From the NCBI GenBank assembly GCA_051294375.1, contig CM119265.1, positions 28,439,141-28,503,140 on the forward strand: a DNA stretch of 64,000 nucleotides, given 5' to 3'. Source of the stretch: Paraspadella gotoi. Its lineage: Eukaryota > Animalia > Chaetognatha. Of this stretch, positions 12,327 to 24,320 are shown piece by piece. Below the pieces are notes generated by a model. The model had not been told where the DNA came from. It made no database searches and saw only the letters and a program-made list of their open reading frames with translations. The first letter of the stretch is position 1. Each line of letters begins with the position of its first letter. The position numbers were made by a program, and so were the translations under genes.

Positions 12327-14082
12327 ATGTCTGTTTCAGCAGCTGGAGGACCTTCACCCTCACAGATCTTTTCTGCTAATCTATCCACAGAAGTAAAAAC
12401 CAGTAATTTTACTTACAATGGTAGGATCTTTGATGGTATTACAGTAAACTCCACTTCATCCATGTCTGGCCAAATGTTCTCAGACTTTCTAACCCTGTCC
12501 CAACGAGGCGACGTCGCTGTATCCCCAAATATCGCACACCTTCACCGATACGTTGAATTATGTAGGGAATGGTGCTTGCAGAGTGGTGCAAGAGCCATCG
12601 GTGGGAACTGTGTCCTCTATACCAACAGGTTCCCCCAGACAGAGATAGCCCCCGCCGTGACAGTTGTACACCAAACTCAGGACATATTGAGAAGGCTTTT
12701 CCCTGGTGGAGGAAATGGGGGAGCAGGTGGGGGAGGATTCAACGTTCAAGGGCTGGCACAATACTATGCCTATATGGGCATCTCTGGAGTTGGTGGGGGA
12801 GTTGGCATGGTAATGAACGGAACATCTACCCAACAGCAGGATCCCATACCCATTAATTACAATAACGTCTTTTGGTGGGCCATTGTAGGAATGATCTTTC
12901 ACGTCTCCCGCAACCAAACCATGGAGCAACTATTGACCAGACTTCAAAGCTTTATTTTAAATTCGAACTCCAGGACAAGAACGTCTGCGACAGAGGCTGA
13001 GGTGAACTTCCTTAAGAATGCTCTGTCTATCCACCAGTTTACCCAATGTGACTCTAGAAAATTCCCTGCATACACTCTCACAACAAAAAAATTGAGCATT
13101 GGAGTTAGACTGGGCTTTGCCCTCGTCTTTATGAATGTCACAGGGAAGCACTGCAGATGCAGTGAACCAGAGGAGCTTCCCTTTGCTTACGAACAAGCCC
13201 AGGCCCTTCATCTCTTAACCAGGAGGTTCAATTCTGCAAGAGAAGATAACCAGAAGGTTAATCTAGGACATATTGTCCAGCATTGTTTGACAGATAGAAC
13301 TTTCTTTACAAACTGCGTTAACACTGACCCCACATCTCTACAGTATACTGCAGGCTCATCAGTTCAAAATTCTTATGTTTATACCAGAGACATTCCTTCG
13401 ATGCAAAATTCTGTTTCATGGTTGCAATCAGGCATTGCCTGTATTCAGATGAGGAACTATAACTGGATTTCACAAATGCCACCAATTGTGGGCGGAGGAG
13501 GAGGTGGTGGTGGTGGAGGAGGCAGTGGTGGTGGCACCGGTGGAGGACGAGGAAGCGGCAGAGGCGGCAACTCAGGTGGGACACCCTCTGCAGGCTTCAG
13601 CAACCCTGGGCCAGCAGGCTCTTTGTTTGGAACAACAATCACTCAGGGTGGCAACAGAGGTGGAGGACAAGGTGATCCACCATCCAACCAAACGGCTGAG
13701 CTCATGAGCTTACTTAAGTCACTTATCCCCGACCCATCGCAACAGGGATCACAACAGCCACCTACAAATTCAAGCTGGTTTCCTACTATTAGCGGCCAGC
13801 AACCCACTGCTAACACTCAGCAAGATCCACAAGTCAGCCAAATTGTCAGAAGATCACAGACAATTAGCTCTGTCCAAGCAGCCATGCAGTCGACCCAATC
13901 TGCCCAAGCTGGATCACAGCATCCCTCACCCCAAGTAATCAGCATCAACCACAACCACCCCCACAAGCTCACAACACCAGCAAAATCCGTCCCAAACTGC
14001 TCAAAATGATCAAGCTCCAACTCCCCAACCACCACTTCCCTCTGTCAATACCTCACTTCCTGGTCCATCGGGTTTTCGCTAA
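12327..14082 (+). pseudogene. ORF1 of a putative endogenous RNA-virus element (capsid/nucleocapsid-like, about 585 aa, Gly/Gln/Pro-rich tail)
   Basis: Intronless and visibly CpG-poor compared with flanking ORFs. ATG at 12327. Two 1-nt deletions near 13930-13965, repaired using the duplicate copy, extend the frame to TAA 14080-14082. Viral identity is inferred, not matched. Confidence 0.55.
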
Positions 14083-14125
14083 GAGGTGAACAGGGTCCCG
14101 ATGATCACCTCGCCAAGTAAGGGAC
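14070..14125 (+). promoter_or_regulatory. -1 programmed ribosomal frameshift signal (slippery heptamer plus H-type pseudoknot); second copy at 11903-11959
   Basis: G_GGT_TTT is in the ORF1 frame, followed by a 6-nt spacer, stem 1 GAGGTGA/TCACCTC and stem 2 GTCCC/GGGAC. The -1 frame runs into ORF2. Confidence 0.8.
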
Positions 14126-15602
14126 ACCAACACCTCAGGAAAAGATGCCAGGACTGCAGAGATTTTCTTAACAGACGGATCTATGATTGATGTTTTAAAC
14201 GAAAATCCGATACTAAACCAACTAGAGGAGGCAATTAACTTAGCTAAGCCAGAAGAAAAAATTAGGTTTCATAAAGAAAGTTCCGATGTAGTGTCCGTGT
14301 ATTTATCATTGTTGACATTGCCAGAGATAAGACAGAGCAGAATTCAATGGTTGACGGAGTGGGTGGAAGGAAAGGGCACAGACAATACCGAAAAAGAACT
14401 ATTGAGAACACTCAAAGAACTCAAAAAGTATTATACAACAAGAGCTTATAAGTGGAAATCCAATGGTGAAGAAGAAGCTATTGTTAACTCTGCTGTCAAA
14501 GTAACATCTCAAAGGCTCAGGGCTAGGAAACTGAAGATCTGTGTTCCATACTATGAATATTCACCAACAAAACACTTTGAATTAGAAAAAGTCATATTCC
14601 TAAGTGCTAAAGTGAGATTAATGACAATGATATATGCTGATGAGAAGAATTATTCTGCTGCCATCAATGTAGTAGACGATGTCCTCAGGGATAGTAAGCA
14701 AGCTTTGTTGAATATACATAAGGAGCAGGGGGCCAACATTAACTTTGATGTGCCGTTGACATTTCACAAAAGCCCTTCTAGGTATATGTTGAGGGATGAG
14801 ATGTACACAAATGTTAAATCACTATATGAACTAGACACCATAAAAGACTACTACGATGATAAGTTCCCTTCAAAATGGCTAACAGACTATGGTGTTCCCC
14901 CTCAATTTTGGTATTGGCAGAGCCTCAGAGGCAGAATTGAACCCCCAATCCCCGACACTCAATCAAGTGTGACTTCTTCTAATACTGTTGTTAACCAGGA
15001 GTTTTGTGCCAACAATACCCATTCTTCTGCTGATCCAATTCTCCCTGAACCTTCACCACCCCTAGTTACCTGAATAACAATGCCAAACTTGCCTACTGCA
15101 GAAGAAACTGGAATAAAAACAACAGAAATTGTATATCCATCAGCAGACACCTCAGGCGGTCAAATTATTGCAGAAGTTTTGTTTCCTGATAGTGTACATG
15201 CAAATGAACCTGTTGAATCTAACACTCCAGCTGAAAACTCAAGTGAAACTCAGAAAGAGACCGAAACAACATCAGAAGAAGCAGAGACCCAAGAAGATGC
15301 TTCTGAGGATGAAATAGAAGAGACAACAACATCAAGTCAAGCCTCAAGGGGATGTAACGGACTCTGACGAAGACAGCTTATTCAACTTGTTGCTTGACGA
15401 TACATCAGAGAGAAGGCACCCCTTGGAGTTACCTGTAATAGCCAGTTATAAGAACGGGAATTTGAAAGATATGGATGAACTCATCATGTACATTGCATCT
15501 AGTACAGCAACGGACGACTTGATACAGTATTTTTCTGTTAATGATATAATCAGGACTGCTTATGGCATGTCCTCAGACTCCGCCAATGTTTCCATATATT
15601 AA
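14070..15602 (+). pseudogene. ORF2 (-1 frame extension) of the putative viral element; one internal stop (15071-15073) and one frameshift near 15340
   Basis: ORFs 14183-15073 and 15080-15367 are in frame across a single TGA. A shifted frame continues as DVTDSDEDSLFNLLLDD.. to 15602. Same CpG-poor composition. No RdRp or RT motifs seen. Confidence 0.55.
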
Positions 15603-16217
15603 GTTGAATTTGACTCTAAGGTGGACTTTGTTATATTATTTTATCATTTGTTCTAAAAACATTTAACTGATAACGTTTTTTGCTCATGTTTTACAGGTTT
15701 ATTCGACTCGTGGGGGGTGGCGGCGGGCGTCTTATCCGCTTCCCGCCAAAATTTAACAAGTTTATCCGCCTCTTAGCAACGACGACGGGCTCGCACTCTG
15801 TTTCTCGCTCGATTTAACGAGTTTATTTCTCGTTTAGCAACGACGCTGACCGTTTGGACATTCCTCGCTTCGATCAGATTTATAGTATATGTATTGTATC
15901 CTCGACTTTCACTCTTCCATTCAGTAGAGTTACTCTAGGCTTAGGTTGGTGATGCGTTGCGCCTCCTCTTCATCCAGCGGTATATTTCATCCTCTCCCAG
16001 CGGTAAATATTTCTCACTCGGAGGTACTTTTGTTTCCTCTTCTCTCCGGGCGCGGCTCCTCGGGTCCTCGCCGATCGATTCTCCTCTTCCTCTTCTCCCT
16101 CTGCGTTGATTCTCAGAAAAGTTTCGAAGTCTTTGGGGAGGGCTTTCATAACTACGCTCTCCGGACCTTCCGTACAGACCTCTCCTCTAAAAAAAGATAC
16201 CTTGTTTCAAAAAAAAA

Positions 16218-17030
16218 ATGGCGCAACGGTCTTTGACTTCTTCTTTTGTCTCTATCCCCGGTGTTCTGCGATATTTGGATGAAATCTTTCCCGTGCGCGC
16301 CGACGGCGTCCAGTTTCGTCCAGATGCCTCCACCCTTCAGCTGCATCTGCTGATGGGGGAGTTGCTCGGGCAGTTCCCAGACGACGGCGAGCCGCGTTTC
16401 TCTCAAGCGCGGTGGGGCGCCGTTCGGGCCGCCCTCCTCGCCTCCTCTTCAGAGTTTGGCATTACATATCCATTGTTTCGATCGTTTCTCTCGCGGCTCT
16501 CGGCTTGGTGAGTACTTTTTCTAGTTTTGCTTGTTGAGGGAAAAGAAAAGGTTTTCATATTGAAAATCAATCTCTCTCGTTTTCCGTTCAGTTCCAATGA
16601 TCGGGCGGGCGCCTTCTACTCCGGGCCGGCCTCTGCGCTGGTCGACCGCGCCGCCTTCGGTGGGCGTGCCGAGTACTTCACGGTCCGGCCCGTTTGGTTT
16701 GCCTGGAGGGTGGCGATATGCCCGTCAAGGCCGTCGGCGGTGCCCGCGTCGCCGGGCGGGTCTACTACGGCCAGATCCGTCTCCCCGTGTCGGACGCCGC
16801 CAACCATCTCCCGCTGTGAGTGTATTTTTATGCGATTTTACGCCATGTTAATTCTCCTGCTTGATTTGTTTCTCTCTATAATCCTGTTTTCCTCGTTGTT
16901 TTATTTACTACAACTCTTCCATTTTATTTTCAGTGTTCAAGTCTGGCCGCACGACCAGCGCCGCTCGGAAGTTGTCGACGCATCCGCCGGGCATCTTGGG
17001 CGCTACCAGCTGCCACGTAACCGTCCCGTG
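16218..17030 (+). CDS. Spliced GC-rich orphan gene, possibly decayed
   Basis: ATG 16218, donors gtgagt near 16508 and 16816, acceptors near 16590 and 16933. The first junction keeps the frame. Confidence 0.4.
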
Positions 17031-17186
17031 ACGCCGCCGGTGAGAACCACGTAGTTCCTGCTTTTATTCTGCTTTATTTTCTGTCGTTCACCTACGTTTA
17101 TTTATTTATTCATTTATTTATTTCATATACTTTATCGTTTGTTTATTTTTGACCAATTCCTTTCTTTTTTTTCTCTGACGCCGACC

Positions 17187-18224
17187 ATGTCGTCGTCGGT
17201 CAGAGCGGGCATGGCGTCAACGCCTCTCGTAAGTACTCGTTGTTCTTAGCTCTTTTCGTTTGTTTTTGTTTCCGTTTGTCTGTTTTCTCAGTAATGATGG
17301 AAGCGAGATTATTCTCATAGTGTGCCTCATTGTTTTCTCAGATTCAGGCCGCGCCCGACACGACGGCGTTGACTGTCCTGGTGGGCTCCTCCCGTACTTC
17401 CGCCAGGGCGCCCCCCGTCTCCGTGGCGCCTAGGGCGTCGTCCAAGGCCGCTTCGATCTCGGCGCCGGCGCCGGCTCCAGCCCCCAGCGATCTGACGACA
17501 AGTCGTGGCGTCGTTCGTCCTTCCTCGCCCGGCGGGGAGTCGTCCGGGGACTCATCGTCCTCGTCTCCGGTGACCTCCGCCTCGTCATCATCCGAGGCCG
17601 TTTCCCTCCGCAAGTGTCCCTGGCGGCCCGCTTCCCCCTCGTCAGTCGAGGAGCTCGTCGCATCCAAATCGAAGCGGGTTCGCGGCGGGAAAAAGGCGGG
17701 GAAGGCTCGGCGGTTGAAAGGGCGGTCTTCCAAGGTGAAGGCTGCCTCCCACAAGTCATCGAAGGGGTCTCGGCGCTCACCTGTGGCGGCGCCCGAGACG
17801 GCGTCATCTGCACGGCCGGGTCCGGCGTCCTCAAAGGACCGGACCCCTAAGAAAATGTCTAAAGTTGGCGCCGCCAAGGTGACGTCGCCGGCGGCAAAGT
17901 CGTCGGGAGGCGGGGCCACTGGGACCGGGCCCAAGGCGGCGTCTGGCTCGCCGAGGGAGAAGGGCATTCGGGGTGGGAAGGCCCGGCGCCGTTCCCGGTC
18001 TCCTGCCGCCAGCGCCAACGCCCGCACCAACGCCACCAACAGCTACACTGCGGCTGAGGGCGCCTCGAGCGCTGCCCGGGCGCTCGCGAATTGGCGCCCG
18101 TGTTCCAATCCGGGGCAGTACGCGACCCCATGCCGCGTTGTCGGCTCTATAACAAACCCCCGGTGCCATCATCAGCGCCTACCCGCGGCGGTCATCATGG
18201 CCGGAAGTTCTATCCCCGGCATTA
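17187..18224 (+). CDS. Basic Ser/Ala/Arg/Lys/Pro-rich protein with a C-terminal C-x9-C-x10-CHH motif (paralog 1)
   Basis: Exon 17187-17228 (gtaagt donor) splices in phase to 17342. Contains AAEGA..AA.ALA.WRPC..CRVVGS..P.CHH. One 1-nt indel near 18182 would give the tail PRGGHHGRKFYPRH*, like paralog 2. Confidence 0.55.
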
Positions 18225-19010
18225 GCCTTTGTGTTATTTATTCATTTTTAAATTTGTTTTAAATTTGTAATGTTTTTATTTTTTTCTTTAAATTTGTTTC
18301 ACTTTTTCCATGCCTGTAGATATTCGTTCCTTGTTTTTTTTTGTTTTCTCTGCTTTGCATGTCCTTTATGATAACGTGTTTCGTAGCTATATATATCAAT
18401 GCCTATATTAATATATTTTCATATCTCGTAAAGGAAAGCTTATGTACTTGTTTTGATTCGATGAGAGAGAGAGCTCGGTTTAGTAAATTGAAGAGTTTGT
18501 GTAGATAGTTGCCCATGGCAACGGCAGGTAGTTTTGATGGTTTTAGCATCAAGTGGTTCAATCGAAAGAAGTAGAAAGGTCCTGCATCACGGGACGAAAT
18601 AGAACCCATTTTCGGGTATTGTAATAATTTTTCGCAATTTTCTGCGTATAATAGTTGATGCTGATTAGATTTTTTTCTCGCTAGCCGGCTAATGCAGGAG
18701 TCTTCACGTGCAACAAGTGGCCATCTCGTCGGCCGTGAACTGGAAAGGACGTCCCGCTGAGCGAAGTAACGGGGGCGTGGTGAAAGCGCGCGGGCGATCC
18801 TCGTTGTTGCAGCGCGTTTCCAGGTGGCGCTGTATCATCTTAGATTGCCGGTAGCGGAAGCTCGCGTCGCTCTCCACTTACACCTTGAGGCGTGGTTCAC
18901 GCGTGCAAATGCACGCGCTGCCACTAAGTAATGAACGGGGGCGTGAGGAGCGCGCGCAAAGGCCACGCGCTCGACACTTACACTTGAAAAAAAAAGATCA
19001 GTTTTCCTCC

Positions 19011-19300
19011 GGGGTCGTGGGTTCGAGCCCCACATTGGGCGCCGCCCTGAAATAAGTCACTGGCTAAAGAAATACTCGAGGAATAGTGGTGAAGCGTATA
19101 TTGAAAAAAGACGATCACAAAAATAAAAATATTACAGAGAGGCGGAGAACAGGTCTTAACACAAGAGAAGGAAAGTGGGAAGTGAAACTCGAATGGAAAA
19201 ATCTCGTGGCTGCGCGAAACCCCCGATCGAAAAGGAGGAGGAAGCGAAATGGGAGGGGGAAGAAGATCTGCGCGTCGCCTCCTCCTCACGCTTATTTATA
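19011..19300 (-). mobile_element. LTR-like module: TATA, about 250 nt, then anti-tRNA-Lys primer-binding-like sequence
   Basis: Minus strand reads TATAAATAAgcgtgagg...tagccag..cttatttcagggcGGCGCCCAATGTGGGGCTCGAACCCACGACCCC. It is an inverted repeat of 20150-20415. Confidence 0.6.
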
Positions 19301-19693
19301 GCATGATTACAAATAAATAGTCGGTACAAAAACCCTTAGCAATGAGGCGACTTAAACCCGTCAATGTCAAACAAAAGTCAAATTTTATAACAAAAGATTT
19401 ACATAATCAAATAATGACAAAAAAACAAAGAAACGAGAGAGCAATCGGTTGACGAATCTAGAATGTTGGTCTTATGCAAAATTCAAAATTTGTATTGAGG
19501 CGCGGATCAAAAATGACTTGTGTGAGATTCGAATTTCAGCGCTGACGTCATGGTCTTTTGTATGGGATTATTCAATTATCTGTTGTTTTAAAGCATACGG
19601 CTTACAATCTGCATCTACTATTAATAGAAATAAAAACTATTTATCATTGCTGCAATAACTACATTTCATATTAAAATTTTCACATTTATAAGA

Positions 19694-19857
19694 ATAAATT
19701 CCAAGTATGTCGTCACTTTTAAACCATAGAAATTCAATTACATCCTCAACATTAGTTTGTCTTTAATCTTTAAGCATAAATTCCAAGTATGTCGTCACTT
19801 TTAAACCATAGAAATTCAATTACATCCTCAACATTAGTTTGTCTTTAATCTTTAAGC
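19694..19857. repeat. Tandem duplication of an 82-bp unit
   Basis: ataaattccaagtatgtcgtcac...tctttaagc occurs twice head to tail. Confidence 0.9.
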
Positions 19858-20149
19858 ATCTGAATTCGATGCTTTTCACGAAGTAATCCTCTTTGACATC
19901 AATTTTCATCGAATATGGGTAGAACCTTAGTTCCATCTCTTTTTCATCATAGTCCAACGCAATTAAATTAATATAAAACCTCTAAGGTCGGGTAGAGCTG
20001 ACTGAGCCTAGGTAAGTAAGGACGAGGAAAATGGTAGAAAAAAAAATCTTAAAAGAATAGTCGCATGAGCAAAGGTGATAATTTAATTAGTTAATAATAT
20101 TTTAATACAATATTACGCTTTAAAAGAAAGGATTAAAATAGTTTTTCTT

Positions 20150-20415
20150 TTATATTGCGTGAGGAGGAGGAGATCTTCTTCTCCCTCCCATTTCGCTTCC
20201 TCTTCCTTTTCGATCGGGGTTTTCGCGCAGACACGAGATTTTTCCATTCCAGATTCACTCCCTACTTTCCCTCTCTCTCGTTAAGACCTATTCTACGCCT
20301 CTCTGTATTTTTTATTATTTTATGATCGCTTTTTTTCTCAATATACGCTTTACCACTACTTCTCGAGTTTTCCTTTTAGCCAGAGTCTTATTTCAGGGTA
20401 GCGCCCAATGTGGAG
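20150..20415 (+). mobile_element. LTR-like module with a degenerate tRNA-Lys PBS (inverted partner of 19011-19300)
   Basis: gcgtgaggaggagg..cccatttcgcttcctc..tttcgatcgggg..ttagccagagtcttatttcagggtaGCGCCCAATGTGG. Confidence 0.6.
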
Positions 20416-21433
20416 TCTTGTTCTCTAACCACGAACCGCCCTGGATCTCTTTATATCACAATTTTACCTAAAATCTTTTTTTTTGTCTAAACCTTCGACT
20501 TCAAAATTTTTTTTTTTCTCTTTTTTTTCCTTTCTCTCTCTTTCGTCGGATCGATCGCCTTCCACTCCGGTTCTTTCTATAAACTTTTTCCCCTCTCCGC
20601 CTCCCATCCAAAAAGAGGAAAAGAAAAGAAAGTGGGCAGCCGATAGGTTGAGAAATCTTAACCAAACCTTTCCTCCCTGAGCACCAGAAAATTCATCCAC
20701 AAAGGAGAGAGGACTCTGCTTTCGGCAGCCCCGGTGACGAACAAACCGGAGTGGAGAAGACGTCAGGCCGACCTGAAGCGATCCAAGGAGAGGAGGCCAA
20801 CCAGGAGCGATCCGAAGAGACGAGGAGGCCAATCAGGACCGATCCGAGGAGACAAGGAGGCCGACCAGAACTGATCCGAGGAGACCGAGTTGAAAGCAAC
20901 GAAGAATAAGAATAAGAATAACAAGAATAATTAAATTTAATTACAGACCGATGGACATGACCCAGGAGATTTTCTTTGATCCCCATTGAGATTTTGTGAT
21001 CGGGGGAAGGTTCTAGTTACCTTCCTCCAAAGTGAACTCTTTAATTCAAAGTAGCAAGGTTTATGATCCAAAACAATGGAAAAAATAAAACTAAACTAAA
21101 TACATTATAATCGTTCTGTGACAAAATATGTATAAAACAGTAAAATAAACAGACTAAATTCAGATGAAAATGTCCATTCCCTTCCAAAGGAGACACAACT
21201 TGAAATGGTGATAAATAAATGAATAATAAGTAAATAAATGATGAATTTCAAATAAAAGGAAATTTTTTTTATTATCCAATTTTTTTTTTCGATTTTTCTA
21301 TCAAATCTGAGTCGGCGCTTGGCCACCTATAAAAGGGGAAAGGAGTCTTACTCATTTGCTCCCGAACAATTTCCCCTCGTTGTCCGTCATTTTCATCAAA
21401 TTTTCGTTTTTTCCCGATTCAACAACGGACAAC

Positions 21434-23676
21434 ATGCGCCTCGCCTCGGGCCTCGTTTTCCTCACGCTTATATCCCTGGGGTAAGTCTTTACAAAGGAAA
21501 GGGATCGGCTAAGTCCACGGAAAAATGACAGAGCTAAATGCATGATAATTTAGTCAGCAAACAGCAAAATATGTATAAGAGAACAAATACACAATATTAT
21601 CACTAAACATTTACCAACGAAAATTCGACAGAATAGGAGTGAAATGAAAACAACCGTTTGTTTACGATTTTTCGAATTTCAAAATAGGAAATTTTGACAA
21701 TTACGATTTTCACTTTTGAGGCAGTTTCGTCGTAACTCCTCGTCACTTTGAACGGATAGGCATCTTTGGTGATGGTAAAGTCGGTTATTCATTGACTTTA
21801 AAATTGACAATATCACAATACATATTACAATAACATTTTGTGACAACACCTAGGTTACATTTTATAGGGATTACAAATCCGAAAGGATCATGACAATGAT
21901 TAATATGTAATTAATAGTGATTATTATTATTCCCAGGGTAACTAAATATTTGAGTAAGCGACAATTAGTATGAATTTAAGGCAATCCGGCTATTATTTTA
22001 TTGATTATTTATCTCTTTTATCTTTAAGAATAAATGGTCGGTCACGTTTTTGTTTATAATCGAATATTTTAGTTTGAAGCTTTTTTAGCTGTTTTCAAAT
22101 TTTTTCCTTTCAGAACTCTCCAGCCGCCACCCCTCCGACCAGTGGACGAGAGGGACGACGGCGACCTGCCCGACGCCACTCCTGGCGCCTCCTCCAGTGC
22201 CGCCGTTCCTCGGCCTCCGCCGCCGCCGGTAAGAACGCCAGCGTACCTACCCAGGGGTCTGTCTCCAACCCCGGTTGAACTCCTCTCCCGAGAAGAGCTT
22301 CACTGGCTCTTTACCTGGATCCGGCGGTATATCAGCCATCGTGAGATGACGCCGGTCGAGCTCCGTCTCTCCTGGCGTTTCACCTTCGGCGGAGGCATTT
22401 TCGTAGCATGGGAGCGCGACGACTCCACGTGCTGCGATCCTCCAAGCTTCACCATCGAGGAGATGCACACCGAAAGGTGTGGATTTAATCCTCTCCTTGT
22501 ATTCGCCGCCCCGCGGCTTCACCGCGCCCACCGAGTAAGGCTTGCTTATTTAAATTGAATTAATTTAAATCATTCCGATTTCATTCAAATCATTCACTTG
22601 AATTTGTTCACTTTGATTTTTCGTTCACTTCCGGTCATATTTGTTTTTTTGGTCGATCTTTAGTTTTCGTTTTTTGTGTTAAGGCTCACTACTCGAATCT
22701 TTACCAAACTTGAAGAAAATTAATTTCTCCTTTTTATCTGTCTTTAGGGCTGCCTCCAAGGGGGTAGGAGAGGCTGTGACTGCTATCCAGTCTGTCCTCG
22801 CCCTGCAGAGTTCCGAGACGGCGCCTCTGATGATTCCCCCGGCAGTCTCAACACAGCTGGTGCGGAGCTCTCCTCATCCGCTTTCCCCAACCTCGACATC
22901 ACCTCGGCCCTGCAGATGAGCGTCAGCAGGTTCTTTGGGAACGCTGGTTGTTCCAGCGCTCTCCCTGGATCCGCGGATACCGCCACTCTCCGGATCTGCC
23001 CTCCAGGTGTGAACCTCTTCCGCCACCTGCCGCCGATGGGTCAGCGCCGATGCCGGTGCCATTTCACCAGCTCTTCGGTGGTTGGGTTCCGGCTTCGCTN
23101 NNNNNNNNNGCTAACGACATGGGCCTGGCGCCCCAACTCCGCGTGGTGGATCCGGCGCTCGTCTCGCCGATCCTCCCGGATTTCACATCAACCTCTTGCT
23201 CCGCGTCCGGTTCTAACTCCGCGTCCGCTTCCGGTGCATCAGATCTCATCGAGTACGTCGAACTCGTCGAGCTCTCCCCGACGGGAGACAAGATTACATT
23301 GGTCGCGCCAATGCCACCGGACGCCCTCTTTGCACCAGCGCCAGTGCCTTTTATCGCCACCTCCATCGCCGGCCGCCCTTGGCGGGAACCCACCATCCAT
23401 TGGATAAGTGACTCTCCCGCTGGGTCGCCGGAAATCATAGAGGTAGAGGTGACGCCTGAGATTATTGATGTGACGCCAGTCTCGGTACCTTTGGAACTTT
23501 CTCTCCCCGTCCACTGGTCGCCCATCTCCTTCTCTCCCTCGGCGTCCGGCGCCCCGAATCTCCTCGGGGTGCAGGACCTCGACGTGGAAATCCTCGAGGA
23601 GGCGGCTGCGGCGCCACCTCCAGCAGAGGTGTCATTAGGCTGGGAAAATGTCAAAATTACCTCTATTGAGGATTAA
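21434..23676 (+). pseudogene. Spliced orphan gene with a TATA box and signal-peptide-like start, Pro/Ser/acidic C-terminal part, frame-disrupted
   Basis: cctataaaagg near 21326. Exon 21434-21480 (MRLASGLVFLTLISLG) splices in frame to 22114-22534. A later exon from about 22748 needs indels, and there is an N gap at 23100. Confidence 0.45.
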
Positions 23677-24320
23677 AAATAACAGATTGACATATGTCGA
23701 TTCTATATAGAGATGCATGACCGCGTCTCTGTTTTTTTTAGGATTTTCATACCCGTTAAAATAGACTCGTTTGTGGAGTTACGGGCGGGCTATTGGGTAT
23801 TTCTTTCTAAAATACATATTTTATTTTTACGAGTTAATTTTGCGTTCTCGATATCGCTATTTCATCGGCCGGAGATTTGGATTTTATTTTCTACTTGCCG
23901 GAGCGACGACTTACATGGATTACTCGCCAAATTTAATAATAATCGAATTTTCCTACATTTCGCAGCATAAATGTTGTCTTTTACGTGACTGAAATTTATA
24001 TGTCGTTTTTTTTCATCATACGAATTTTCGTTTAATTTTGATATGTTTCGAAGTTATTTCGAATTTTATTTTCATCATATCAATAATCTGCGCGTTGTTC
24101 ATTTGTCTTATTTTACGTTTTGCGCTTGCTAACGCGCCTTATCCGTTGCGACATCTGGCGACTGAAACAAAAATTATATTTTCGGAAAAATCTTACTAAG
24201 ACAAAAGAACATCGTCTACGTCTTATTTTTTTTTCTCTCTTCTCTATTTTTAGAAACTGTTGCTTTTCTAATTTACATTTTATTTTCATCAGTTTGGATC
24301 AACTCGTTTGAAACCCAAGT

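Noticed and set aside
17344-18039. Long antisense ORFs over the GC-rich genes (also 5621-5914, 23064-23654, 51153-51662)
   Set aside because: Shadow ORFs expected from high GC and repetitive codons on the coding strand.
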